Source of the DNA: Candidatus Cryptobacteroides equifaecalis
Lineage (GTDB): Bacteria > Bacteroidota > Bacteroidia > Bacteroidales > UBA932
Direction: 5' to 3'
Length of the DNA stretch: 47,703 nucleotides
NCBI GenBank assembly: GCA_018064625.1
Contig: JAGHUW010000006.1
Location: forward strand, 1-47,703
The position numbers and the translations under genes were made by a program. Shown piece after piece: positions 7,285-16,692 of the stretch (the first letter of the stretch is position 1; every line of letters starts with the position of its first letter). The notes below the pieces were generated by a model. It was not told where the DNA came from. It was given only the letters and a program-made list of their open reading frames with translations, and did not search any database.

Positions 7285-10200
7285 TCATAAAAGAATCTCT
7301 TCCACGCGTGTCTGCTGGCCTATGTACCACAGATACGCGTGGATGTTTTTGTATCCCATCCTGGCGTAGAGATCTGCGTAACCCTTGACCTGGCCGCTGT
7401 AGGAGCCTTCTTCCTTTCCGAACTTGTAGTCAATGATATCCACGCGGTCAGGGGAGATTACGACTCTGTCCGGCCTGTGGCTTTCCCCCGTAGGCTCAAG
7501 TATGTCCCTTTCGCAGAAGATCCTGCGACCATCTCCGATGCTGAACCAGCCTCTGTCCCTTACGGAGGCTATGGCTCCGGCGAGAAGCTGCTCGGCCTCG
7601 GCGGCCTGGGCGGAGTCCATGTCCCCGCTTGACAGTATGTCCATCACCTCGCGGTGCAGGTCCTCCTCTCTGATGACCTTCTCCATTATCTTGTGCAGCA
7701 TCGTTCCCTTAAGCCTGTTGGAGGCCGAGATTCCCGTCTGGCCGTCCGCGGAGAAGAACTCGCGGGAGTCGGAACTTATCCTGAGCCGGCTTCCCCTGAT
7801 TCCCGTCTGTCCCGATTCATAGACCATGTCCAGGGTATTGACCACCTTCTTTTTCTCATCTTTTTCCTCTTTTACCCATTTCGGGCTCTTGGGTCCGAGT
7901 ACGAAGTGCTCGCACTTCTCTCCATTGAGGATAGGGTCATCCGCTATGAATCCGCTGCCGTCCTGCCTTATGTACATATAGAGGGCGTCCGACATCTGGC
8001 TGAACTCCGTCCATCCGTTCCTGTACCTGTCTGCAGGGGCCGGTGCAATGATGTGCATTGCCTGCGAGGCCCTGGTCATGGCCACGTACCAGAGGTTGGC
8101 GTTGTCTATGAAGGCCATCTGCTGCTCCTCGAGGAAGTTGTTGTAGAAGAGGGTGTCCTTGGACTTTCCGGAGAGGCTGACGTGGTAGAGGGCGTTGCTC
8201 AGTCCCTCGAACATGCCCTCGCTCTCCTCAGGTTTTTCCCAGTACTTGGCGGTGGTCAGCATGAAACTGTTCTTTGCCTGGAAAGGCAGCACCACGAACG
8301 GGTAGTCAAGGCCCTTGACCTTGTGTATGGTTATCACGGTCACGGCATCGCTGCCTTCTGGGGATGAAACGTTCCTTCTCACCCCTTCTTCCTCCCAATA
8401 TTTGAGGAAGGCGTCAAGGGAGTTACCGTTGCGCTGCACGAAGTCCCTTATGAGGTCCAGGAAGGCCAGTATGTAGAGGGAATCGTCTTCCGGCGGCATC
8501 TGCCTCAGCAACTCTTCGGCCATGTCCGTAAGTGAACTTGCCTTTTTGAGACTCTCTGCATCGAATATTCCGGCAGCGAGGGTGTGAATCTTGTCATCCG
8601 GGTTGTTGTATCTGTAGAGCTGGGCCACGAGGCGTCTGACGCGTGCTCCGGAACTTATGAGGAGGGAGTCGTTGGTGACCACGTCTATCCCGGCGTCCAG
8701 CAGGGCCTGGGAGATGGTGCTTCCCTGGGAGTTCGCGCGCACAATCACGGCAATGTCCTTCTTGCTGAAGCCGCGTGCCAGTGCATCGCGCACCGCCTCC
8801 ACGCAGCTGTCCACCAGAAGTCCGGATTCGCAGAAACTTGCCTCCACGCAGCCCGGTACCTGAATCTTCGGGGTGACTCTCTGGCGGACGTCGGAGTAGA
8901 TGCGGCTGATCTTTGTGTCGAGGCTGCCGTCCGGGAGCCTTCTGTCAAGCTGTGAGTCCATGCGCTCCGCGAGGGTGCTGAAAAGGGAGTTGTTGAACTC
9001 CACTATATTCCTGGCACTGCGCCAGTTGTCTGCGAGCGGATGCTCCACCACGGAATCCAGGCTCGAGCTGACCTGCTCGTCCAGAATCTTCCAGTCAGTG
9101 TTGCGCCAGCGGTAGATGCTCTGCTTCACGTCTCCCACCACAAGGTTGTAGCAGCCTTCCGAGATGCTGTTGCGCAGCAGGGGAAGGAAGTTGTCCCACT
9201 GCACCCTTGCGGTGTCCTGGAACTCGTCCAGCAGGAAATGCTGGTAGCGTATGCCGGTTTTTTCGTAGATGAAAGGGGCTTCGGTTCCGCCTATGATGCC
9301 GCTGAGTATGGCGTTGGTGTCATCCAGGCTGAGGACGTTCTTTTCCTTGAGCAGGGTTTCGAACTCCTTGCGGAGACTGTCTGCCATGCGGAATATGTAG
9401 ATCTGCCCGGAGAGCATGACGGCCGTGTTCCTCTGCCTGAGCTGCTCCCCGCTGAATGAGAGCACTTTGCCCAGAGCCTCCTGAAGGGTGTCGAAGTCGG
9501 CCTGGCTGTGCTTCTTTCTGTCGGCCACCTTGAAACAGGTGGAGGCATCTTCCGCTCCGTCTGTCAGAGCCTTTATGCTGCTGAATTCCACGGGTTTCCT
9601 GCTGTCGGGGGAGCTGAACTTGGCCAGGGCGCTGAGCACGGCAGCCTTGATGTCCGGGTAGAGACCTGCAAGCCTGAATGCTTCTGCCGTGGCCGATTTC
9701 AGGCCTTCGTCGTAGCTGCTGATGATGTCCTTGCAGCGCTTGCGCAGCTTTTTGAGGTTGTCTTCGGAGAAAACCTTGTCCTGGTCTATATTGGCTTTCC
9801 TTGCCTTTTCTGCGTAGGCGTCGGACATGTATCCCTTTGCGAATTCCTCCACTATGGAGTCAAGGTGATAGCCGTTGCCTTCCTCTATCTGCTCTATGGA
9901 GGCGTTGGAGAGCCATTTTCTGAGGGAGTCGTCGCTGTCTTCAAGGGAGTCGAGCACTCTGGCGGAGGCCTCCGTGACAAGGGACTCCTTGTCCAGCTCT
10001 ATCTGGTACTCCGCGAACTGGCCTATCTCCCTTGAGAAGGCGCGCAGGGTTGTCTGGAAGAAGCTGTCTATGGTGCTTACGGAGAAGGCACTGTAGTCGT
10101 TGAGTATTGCGCAGAGAGCATTCCCGGCGTATCTGGAAAGCTCGCTCTCACTGCCAATCCCGCATTTCTCCATGAGGTAGCTGCGGTAGCCTGAACTGGC

Positions 10201-10452
10201 GCAGTCTGTGGCGAGGGTGTTCAGCTCCGTGATGATCCTGGCCTTCATCTCGCCTGTGGCCTTGTTGGTGAAGGTTACGGCAAGTATGTGCTTGTAGGCC
10301 TTTGGGTCAGGCATCCCTGCTCCTTCCTGCGGGGTGAGAAGCAGGCGTATGTATTCGCGAGCGAGCGAGAATGTCTTTCCTGAACCTGCGGAAGCCTTCA
10401 TGACCTCCACTCCGCCGTTCTTCTGTATGCTGTCTATCTGTTTCTGTATCAT
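7285..10452 (-). CDS. addA: AddA/RecB-like UvrD helicase-nuclease
   Basis: ASAGSGKT Walker A, VTFTNKAT, TIDSF, LDEFQDT, VGDVKQSIYRWR, NWRS, TIHKVKGL, YVAMTRA; C-terminal RPDR...IIDYK nuclease. Confidence 0.88.
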   Translation of the reverse strand: MIQKQIDSIQKNGGVEVMKASAGSGKTFSLAREYIRLLLTPQEGAGMPDPKAYKHILAVTFTNKATGEMKARIITELNTLATDCASSGYRSYLMEKCGIGSESELSRYAGNALCAILNDYSAFSVSTIDSFFQTTLRAFSREIGQFAEYQIELDKESLVTEASARVLDSLEDSDDSLRKWLSNASIEQIEEGNGYHLDSIVEEFAKGYMSDAYAEKARKANIDQDKVFSEDNLKKLRKRCKDIISSYDEGLKSATAEAFRLAGLYPDIKAAVLSALAKFSSPDSRKPVEFSSIKALTDGAEDASTCFKVADRKKHSQADFDTLQEALGKVLSFSGEQLRQRNTAVMLSGQIYIFRMADSLRKEFETLLKEKNVLSLDDTNAILSGIIGGTEAPFIYEKTGIRYQHFLLDEFQDTARVQWDNFLPLLRNSISEGCYNLVVGDVKQSIYRWRNTDWKILDEQVSSSLDSVVEHPLADNWRSARNIVEFNNSLFSTLAERMDSQLDRRLPDGSLDTKISRIYSDVRQRVTPKIQVPGCVEASFCESGLLVDSCVEAVRDALARGFSKKDIAVIVRANSQGSTISQALLDAGIDVVTNDSLLISSGARVRRLVAQLYRYNNPDDKIHTLAAGIFDAESLKKASSLTDMAEELLRQMPPEDDSLYILAFLDLIRDFVQRNGNSLDAFLKYWEEEGVRRNVSSPEGSDAVTVITIHKVKGLDYPFVVLPFQAKNSFMLTTAKYWEKPEESEGMFEGLSNALYHVSLSGKSKDTLFYNNFLEEQQMAFIDNANLWYVAMTRASQAMHIIAPAPADRYRNGWTEFSQMSDALYMYIRQDGSGFIADDPILNGEKCEHFVLGPKSPKWVKEEKDEKKKVVNTLDMVYESGQTGIRGSRLRISSDSREFFSADGQTGISASNRLKGTMLHKIMEKVIREEDLHREVMDILSSGDMDSAQAAEAEQLLAGAIASVRDRGWFSIGDGRRIFCERDILEPTGESHRPDRVVISPDRVDIIDYKFGKEEGSYSGQVKGYADLYARMGYKNIHAYLWYIGQQTRVEEILL

Positions 10453-10458
10453 GTCTTT

Positions 10459-13365
10459 CTATTCTTTGATCGTTTTTCCGCAGAGGGCTTTGAAGTCGCA
10501 CCATTTGCAAGATTTCTCGTCAGTGGTGCGGCGGAACGGGATTTCCGGGTTTTTTATCTCGTCCAGCACAGTCTGGAGCTTTTCCTCTATAGCCTTGGAG
10601 AGATCGGGGGATTCAGGGCTTATCTCTATCCCCTCGGAGAAGATGTGCCCCATGGCATACATCGAGTTGAAGATCATGTGCTCTGCGTAGCTTTTGTCCT
10701 GTCTTACGAACTTGTCATATATGAAGAACTGCAGGGCTGCCTTCTTGTCGTGCGAGTCATCGTACTTGGGGCTGAACAGCTTCTCAGTGAACTTTGTGGG
10801 GTCGTCTGTGGCGAGGACCTCGGGATTGTCCCTTCCCGTCTTGTAGTCCACTATCCTTATGGTTCCGTCACGGAAGGAATCCAGACGGTCTATGAATCCC
10901 ATGAAACTCTGGCCGCAGATCTTCTCTCCCAGGTATTTCTTTTCCAGACCATGTATCTTGAGAGGGCCGTGCCTCTCGATCAGCTCTATGTCCCTCTGTA
11001 TGACCTTCAGGACGAACTGCAGGGCTATGTCGGCATCTATCAGGTTGCGTCCACTCACCTCTATGCTATGGATCTGGTAGCGGATGAGGGAGAATATCTT
11101 ATTCCTTATCTCGTCTTTCCTTTTCAACCATCCCTTGAGATAGTCTGCTGTTATTACCTCAAGATGAGAAGTTTCCTCCCAATCATATTTTCTTTTGTCA
11201 TAGTCTATATCCGCGCTCATCTGCTCCTCGCTTGTGTAGAGGGCCTGCAGGGTGTCGTGGCATACGGTTCCAAGGGTGCTGGCATCAAGGGTCTCTGTGA
11301 TCTCGTCGTCCGCCCTGAGTTTTTTCACCACGTAGTAGTAGAAACTTGCCGGGCAGGATATGTATTTCTGGATGGAGCTTGCTGAGAGGAAGGCTTTCTC
11401 CACCTCCTTTATGTCTTCATCTGTCTTAGGGATATCTCCTTCCGCTTCCATCCTGGATGCCTTGGCCTTGGCAATGTTCCAGTCCAGGCTGCACAGCTCC
11501 GGATAGAGATATTCCAGCTGCTTGATGTAGCGGCTTTCCTCACCTGTGCGCAGGCCCTCTGTACGTGAATCATATACCAGCCATACGTTGCTTGCCCTGG
11601 CTATGAGCCTGTAGAAATAATAGGCCCAGACGGACTCCTGGTATTCGTATGTGGGGAGATTGAAGGCCGACCTGAGTTCCGGCGGAATGAATGACGAGCT
11701 GAAGCTGCGCCTCGGGAAGACGTTCTCGTTTGTATTGAGGATCACGAGGTGCCTGAAGTCCAGGGCTCTGGTCTCCAGCGGTCCCATGATCTGAAGGCCG
11801 CCCAGAGGGTCTCCGTCGAAGGATACGGTCTGACCGGCGCAGATCTGCTCCGCAAGGTGTATCCAGGTCTTCGGAAGCACCGGAAGCTCCCTCTCCCTGA
11901 GTCTGTTGATGCTGCTGAAGTACTTGCGGGCGTACTCTATCTGCAGTGCGTCCTCTTCCGGCAGTGCGGAAGCTATTGTTGTCGTCAGCCCGAGAAGGTA
12001 GTCCTCAAGGGCGCGGATCTGCTCCGGGGAGTTTGAGGAAAGGTCCGTGACCACAGGCGTGAAGATCTGGCGGAAAAGGGGAGTGGCCGCAAGGTCTTCG
12101 GCCGGGATATAATATTTTGCTCCCTTTCTCACATTCGCCACCGTCTCGTTGTCGGCATCGCCCATTATGGCCTTGAGTATTCCGCTGGAGAACAGGGTAT
12201 GCACCTGCCTGTGGTAGAAATACCACTTTCCGCCCTTGTTCCTGAGGTGGCTCTGCATGGACAGGACCTCCCTCATGAAGGCGTAGAATTCGCTGGAGGC
12301 CAGAGGATAGCCCATGGTGATGTTTATGGATTCCGTGCCGGCAGGGATGCTGTTCAGCACTGGCATAAGCATGGTCTCGTCCGGGAGGACTACGGCGAAG
12401 TCGAGCTCCCTCTCATTCTCCGGGACGCTCTGTATCATGCCTGGAAGCAGCTTTGCCTGGCCCGTGGCCGATGGCACGCTTATCACGTGTATGGCAGGCT
12501 TTCCCTCGGCTCCCTCTATGTCGAAGGCGTTCTTGAAATCCTGCAGGTTCCTTTCCATGAAGTGGGTAGCCGCGTTTCCCCTGGTCTTGATCATCTGCCC
12601 AGGGTAGTCCCAGCAGAATTCGGCAAGGCCCGCGTCCCTCATCTTGCCAAGGATGGCCTTCTCGCATTCGTTGAGGGCGTTGAGGCCTATGAAGACGAAT
12701 CTGTCCTCCGGCTGGAAGCATTCCTTGAGCACGTCCTTGGCGGAGCTTTCCCTCATCCTCTCCGCAAGGTCGCGGTAAATCATTCCCTCGTAGGCCGTCC
12801 CCTCATCGGAGAGCTTCCTGCGGAAGTCGCTGTACAGCGGGAGGAGCAGATTCCATATCATGAGGAAGTTTTTCTTCACGTCCTTGTCTCCGCCCGGGAT
12901 CCAATGCTCGGAGCTGAAGTGGCTGGCCAGTCTCTTTATGGCTTTTGCCTGCTCTTCGCTGAGGTATGAGAAGTCGTCTTTCATGCCTTTGAGGTCGGAG
13001 ATGTTGGAGAAGAGCGACTTTGCGTCTATGAGGTATTTGTCGGTATCGTCGAAGTCCCCGAGTATCACGTCGCCCCAGTAGATGAAGTCGTCGAGGCTCT
13101 CGGCGTGGGGGTTGAGGCGGCTGTAGCAGTCGTAGAGGCTCAGGAGCAGGCTTATGCGGTCCGATGTGCTCCTTCCTCCAAGGGTGCAGAAGAAGTCGTT
13201 GATGGTGTACATGCGCGGTTCGAGCATGGGGACATCCGCTTCCGGCACGGAAACGTATTTGCGGAAGAAACTCAGGGACCTTCTGTTAGGGAATATGAAT
13301 ACCAGGTCCGCAAAGGACTTGTGCTGCCTGTAGTGGTCGGCAACCTGTTTCAGGAATGGTGTCAT
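10459..13365 (-). CDS. addB: AddB-like inactive helicase + PD-(D/E)XK nuclease with Fe-S cysteines
   Basis: FPNRR, LETRALDF, SASSIQKYISCP, FIDRLD...IVDYKTG, and C-terminal CKWCDFKALC (four-Cys staple); lies immediately upstream of addA. Confidence 0.85.
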   Translation of the reverse strand: MTPFLKQVADHYRQHKSFADLVFIFPNRRSLSFFRKYVSVPEADVPMLEPRMYTINDFFCTLGGRSTSDRISLLLSLYDCYSRLNPHAESLDDFIYWGDVILGDFDDTDKYLIDAKSLFSNISDLKGMKDDFSYLSEEQAKAIKRLASHFSSEHWIPGGDKDVKKNFLMIWNLLLPLYSDFRRKLSDEGTAYEGMIYRDLAERMRESSAKDVLKECFQPEDRFVFIGLNALNECEKAILGKMRDAGLAEFCWDYPGQMIKTRGNAATHFMERNLQDFKNAFDIEGAEGKPAIHVISVPSATGQAKLLPGMIQSVPENERELDFAVVLPDETMLMPVLNSIPAGTESINITMGYPLASSEFYAFMREVLSMQSHLRNKGGKWYFYHRQVHTLFSSGILKAIMGDADNETVANVRKGAKYYIPAEDLAATPLFRQIFTPVVTDLSSNSPEQIRALEDYLLGLTTTIASALPEEDALQIEYARKYFSSINRLRERELPVLPKTWIHLAEQICAGQTVSFDGDPLGGLQIMGPLETRALDFRHLVILNTNENVFPRRSFSSSFIPPELRSAFNLPTYEYQESVWAYYFYRLIARASNVWLVYDSRTEGLRTGEESRYIKQLEYLYPELCSLDWNIAKAKASRMEAEGDIPKTDEDIKEVEKAFLSASSIQKYISCPASFYYYVVKKLRADDEITETLDASTLGTVCHDTLQALYTSEEQMSADIDYDKRKYDWEETSHLEVITADYLKGWLKRKDEIRNKIFSLIRYQIHSIEVSGRNLIDADIALQFVLKVIQRDIELIERHGPLKIHGLEKKYLGEKICGQSFMGFIDRLDSFRDGTIRIVDYKTGRDNPEVLATDDPTKFTEKLFSPKYDDSHDKKAALQFFIYDKFVRQDKSYAEHMIFNSMYAMGHIFSEGIEISPESPDLSKAIEEKLQTVLDEIKNPEIPFRRTTDEKSCKWCDFKALCGKTIKE

Positions 13366-13371
13366 ATCTTA

Positions 13372-14241
13372 TTATACGTTGAATCTTGTCTTTCTATACG
13401 CCAAAGGAGAAAATCCTGTCATTCTTTTGAAAAATTTTCCGAAATCGGATTGTGAAGGGAATTCCATCTCGTTGCTTATCTCCTTGACTGACTTGTGTCC
13501 GTATGAGAGCTTGGCCATGGCGCTGAGGACAGAATACTGGTCTATCATGCTTTGACCTGAATAGCCTGTCTCCCTTTTAATGAGGGCGGACAGGTATTTG
13601 GGATTGTAGTCCAGAATGTCCGCATAGAAAGAGAGTGACCTTTTGGTCTGGGAATGTTCCTCTACCAGCCTGATGAAGCGTGTGACGGTATTGTCTTCCT
13701 TCATGGGGTAGCCGCTGGTTATCTTGTACAGCTCATGCCCGCTGAACTTCAGGGAGCGGAAGATATAATAGCCAGTACTGTAGAAGAAGGCTCTCAGAAG
13801 GCTGAGAAGGCAGTCTTTCTTATAGGGGTTTGAATCGAAGCATACAACCTTGTCCATGGCTCCGAAGAACAGGCTCACGGCTTCATTGTATGTGGATGTG
13901 ATTCTGATCACCGGATATTCGTCCAGGATGAACAGGGTAAGGAAGACGCTGCTCACATTCAGCTCGTGTCCCAGATCCCCGCCTATCGCCAGAATCTTGT
14001 AGAGGAACTTGGAGTCCGGCTTGATGCTTATCCTCTGCCCTGGACGCCAGACGCTCATGCTCCTGCGCCTCATCATATAGTCCTTTCCATCTATGCGCAC
14101 GGCTGCCGTGCCCTGGAATGAATATACTACGAGTGTGAATTCCACAACGAATTCACCTTCCGGCAGCACCCCATTCTCCACAGAGGTGAAAGTGTCTGAC
14201 GGGTCTGCCCCATTCAGCGTGCAAAAATCCAGGTAGTTCAT
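13372..14241 (-). CDS. AraC-family transcriptional regulator
   Basis: C-terminal double HTH (SFYADILDYNPKYLSALIKRETG; SVKEISNEMEFPSQSDFGKFFKRMTGFSPLAYR). ATG 14241 is preferred because the TTG at 14268 lies inside a -7 element. Confidence 0.9.
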   Translation of the reverse strand: MNYLDFCTLNGADPSDTFTSVENGVLPEGEFVVEFTLVVYSFQGTAAVRIDGKDYMMRRRSMSVWRPGQRISIKPDSKFLYKILAIGGDLGHELNVSSVFLTLFILDEYPVIRITSTYNEAVSLFFGAMDKVVCFDSNPYKKDCLLSLLRAFFYSTGYYIFRSLKFSGHELYKITSGYPMKEDNTVTRFIRLVEEHSQTKRSLSFYADILDYNPKYLSALIKRETGYSGQSMIDQYSVLSAMAKLSYGHKSVKEISNEMEFPSQSDFGKFFKRMTGFSPLAYRKTRFNV

Positions 14242-14265
14242 GTCTTTTATTCTCTTTTCTTTGTA

Positions 14266-14346
14266 CAAATCTATAATTTTCTGCCTTAAATCCCAAAAAT
14301 AAAAGAAAATATCACTTTATAGCTTGACGGCACAAGCCTACCTTTG
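14266..14346. promoter_or_regulatory. Divergent promoters for araC (-) and acyl-CoA synthetase (+)
   Basis: TAGATTTG on the minus strand at 14266-14273; TACCTTTG on the plus strand at 14339-14346. Confidence 0.6.
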
Positions 14347-14369
14347 CATTGTTTAAATTTTGATACATC

Positions 14370-15974
14370 ATGGAAAGAATCATTGTACCGGAAACACTTG
14401 CCGATCTCTACCTCGGGGCAACGGAAAGCTTCGCTGATTACCCCGTGTCAAGTTACGTGGACGGCACCCAGTCATATACTTATTCGTCTTTCAGAACCCA
14501 GTGCGACAAGGTCTCCAGGCTTCTGTCCAAATATGGGGTGGGTCATGACTCCAAGGTGGCCATAATTTCTGAGAACATGCCTAACTGGACAATCGCAATG
14601 TTCGCTTGCACGGCATTCGGCCGTGTGATGGTGCCTGTCCTGCCGGACTGCTCGGCCAACGAGGTCAACAACATTCTCAGGCATTCAGGGGCAACGGCTG
14701 TGATTGCCAGTCCAAAGCAGCTGGAGAAGATTCAGTGCCTGGATTCCATGAAACTTGTGCTGGATATGACGGATTTCCGTTGTGTATGCCACGGTGAACT
14801 GCCAGCCAGAGGGGCCAAGACCAACAGACCTGAGCCGGACGATATGGCTGCAATCCTTTATACCTCAGGTACTTCCGGCAATGCCAAGGGTGTGATGCTT
14901 TCACATCGCAATCTTTGCACCAACATCAAGGCTGCCCCTGGAATCTTCAAGGTGAATACGGAAGATGTATTCCTTTCAGTGCTGCCTATGGCACATACCT
15001 ACGAAATGAGCCTTGGAATGCTCTATCCGTTCGCCTGCGGATCCTGCGTGCGCTATCTCAAGGCGGCACCTACTCCGTCCGTGCTCCAGAAGGCATTCAG
15101 ACAGGTGAACCCTTCCGTGATATGTTCGGTCCCTCTGATCATAGAGAAGGTCTACAGGAAGAGCATCCTGCCTTCCATCCAGAAGAGCCCTGCGCTCAGC
15201 TGGATGCAGAGATTCATGCCTGCCGTGCTGCATATGCTCGTTGGGCTGAAGATGAAGAAGACCTTCGGCGGACGCCTCCGCGCCTTTGCGGTGGGTGGGG
15301 CTAAACTCGACTCCGAGGTTGAGGCTTTCCTCAAGAAGGTGCGCTTCCCTTACCTCATAGGCTACGGAATGACGGAGTGCGCCCCGCTTATCTGCGCCGC
15401 GAATGTCAAGCAGACAAGGGTGGGAAGTACCGGCTATCCGATACAGGGTATCCAGGTGAAGCTGAACAATGTTGACCCTGAGACCGGAATGGGGGAGATC
15501 GTTGTGAAAGGGCCGAATGTGATGATGGGTTACTACCGCGACCCGGAGAGGACACGCGAGACCTTCACCGAGGACGGATGGCTCAGGACAAGAGATCTGG
15601 CTTTTGTAGACTCCAAGGGACGCTATTTCATAAGCGGAAGGCTTTCCAATATGATACTTGGCGCTTCCGGGGAGAATATCTACCCTGAGGAGATAGAGAT
15701 GGTGATCAACGGGATCGAGGATGTTGAGGAATCCCTGGTCAAGAGTGAAAACGGAAGGCTCGTGGCACTCGTGAAAATGTATGACAATGCCCTGGACTGG
15801 GACATAAAGGATGGGAAAGTATTCGAAGAGAAGGTTGCACTGATGCAGAAAGTCATTTTGAGAAAGGTGAATTCAGCAGTGAGCAAGGCATCCCAGATAA
15901 GCAGGATAGAGTTTGTCAAAGAACCTTTCGAGAAGACCGCCACCAAGAAGATACGCAGATTCCTGTACTGTTAG
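14370..15974 (+). CDS. Long-chain fatty acyl-CoA synthetase (AMP-binding family)
   Basis: YTSGTSGNAKG, LPMAHTYE, GYGMTE, GEIVVKGPNVMMGYY, SGENIYPEEIE. Confidence 0.9.
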   Translation: MERIIVPETLADLYLGATESFADYPVSSYVDGTQSYTYSSFRTQCDKVSRLLSKYGVGHDSKVAIISENMPNWTIAMFACTAFGRVMVPVLPDCSANEVNNILRHSGATAVIASPKQLEKIQCLDSMKLVLDMTDFRCVCHGELPARGAKTNRPEPDDMAAILYTSGTSGNAKGVMLSHRNLCTNIKAAPGIFKVNTEDVFLSVLPMAHTYEMSLGMLYPFACGSCVRYLKAAPTPSVLQKAFRQVNPSVICSVPLIIEKVYRKSILPSIQKSPALSWMQRFMPAVLHMLVGLKMKKTFGGRLRAFAVGGAKLDSEVEAFLKKVRFPYLIGYGMTECAPLICAANVKQTRVGSTGYPIQGIQVKLNNVDPETGMGEIVVKGPNVMMGYYRDPERTRETFTEDGWLRTRDLAFVDSKGRYFISGRLSNMILGASGENIYPEEIEMVINGIEDVEESLVKSENGRLVALVKMYDNALDWDIKDGKVFEEKVALMQKVILRKVNSAVSKASQISRIEFVKEPFEKTATKKIRRFLYC

Positions 15975-16013
15975 AACTTACTAAACCTTATATAAATTCC
16001 TAAACCTGAACCG

Positions 16014-16049
16014 TAATGCCGTTTTCGTGTACGAGAACGGCATTATTTT
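16014..16049 (+). terminator. Intrinsic terminator after the acyl-CoA synthetase
   Basis: Long stem TAATGCCGTTTTCG...CGAGAACGGCATTA followed by TTTT. Confidence 0.85.
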
Positions 16050-16071
16050 GCTAAAAATCAAACTTAAGGCG

Positions 16072-16101
16072 TGCATTTTATGAATATAATTGGTATATTT
16101 G
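16072..16101 (+). promoter_or_regulatory. arg operon promoter with ARG-box-like half sites
   Basis: TATATTTG -7 element at 16094-16101; TGCAT (16072) and TGAAT (16081) half-sites immediately upstream, but no complete ARG box. Confidence 0.5.
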
Positions 16102-16125
16102 TTTGTTTAGTTAGTTCAGAGTTTT

Positions 16126-16686
16126 ATGGAATTCGTAATTCAAGTGGCAGACGCGAGCCACGGCTGTTATGCCGAAAAGATCTGTGATGAGATTTTCATT
16201 TCCGCACAGGAACGTCACACGGGTATCGCAAGGCGTACCCCTGAATATATCATTGAGAAGATGACTGCCGGAAAGGCTGTCATCGCAACCACCCCGGATG
16301 GGGAATTCGCCGGTTTCTCTTATATCGAGTCCTGGGGAGGCAAGTCATACGTTGCCAACTCCGGTCTTATCGTAGCACACAAATTCCGCGGGATGGGTCT
16401 TTCCCGAAAGATCAAGGAGCAGACCTTCATCCTTTCAAGGACACTTTTCCCTGATGCAAAGATATTCAGCATCACTACAGGTGGAGCCGTGATGAGACTC
16501 AACTATGAGTTCGGCTTCCGCCCTGTGCCATTCTCGGAGCTTACCTCTGACCCTGAGTTCTGGAGGGGCTGCGAGGGATGCCGCAACTTCGTCATCCTTG
16601 AGAACAACGACTATCAGCGCTGCATCTGCACGGGTCTCCTTTATGACCCTAATGACAGGATTAAGATAAAAACCCCTGAAATCTAA
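16126..16686 (+). CDS. GNAT N-acyltransferase, likely the Bacteroidota N-acylglutamate synthase
   Basis: First gene of the arg operon; GF-YIESW, VANSGLIV, FRGMGL acyl-CoA motif; C-terminal FWRGCEGC...CIC. Confidence 0.75.
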   Translation: MEFVIQVADASHGCYAEKICDEIFISAQERHTGIARRTPEYIIEKMTAGKAVIATTPDGEFAGFSYIESWGGKSYVANSGLIVAHKFRGMGLSRKIKEQTFILSRTLFPDAKIFSITTGGAVMRLNYEFGFRPVPFSELTSDPEFWRGCEGCRNFVILENNDYQRCICTGLLYDPNDRIKIKTPEI

Positions 16687-16692
16687 TAAGAT

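Noticed and set aside
7339-13455. Many plus-strand ORFs opposite addAB, and the idea that the helicase + PD-(D/E)XK pair is a defence system
   Set aside because: The ORFs are shadows in GC-rich coding DNA. Domain order and the Fe-S motif fit housekeeping AddAB, and there is no CRISPR array or cas gene to make the nuclease a Cas4.
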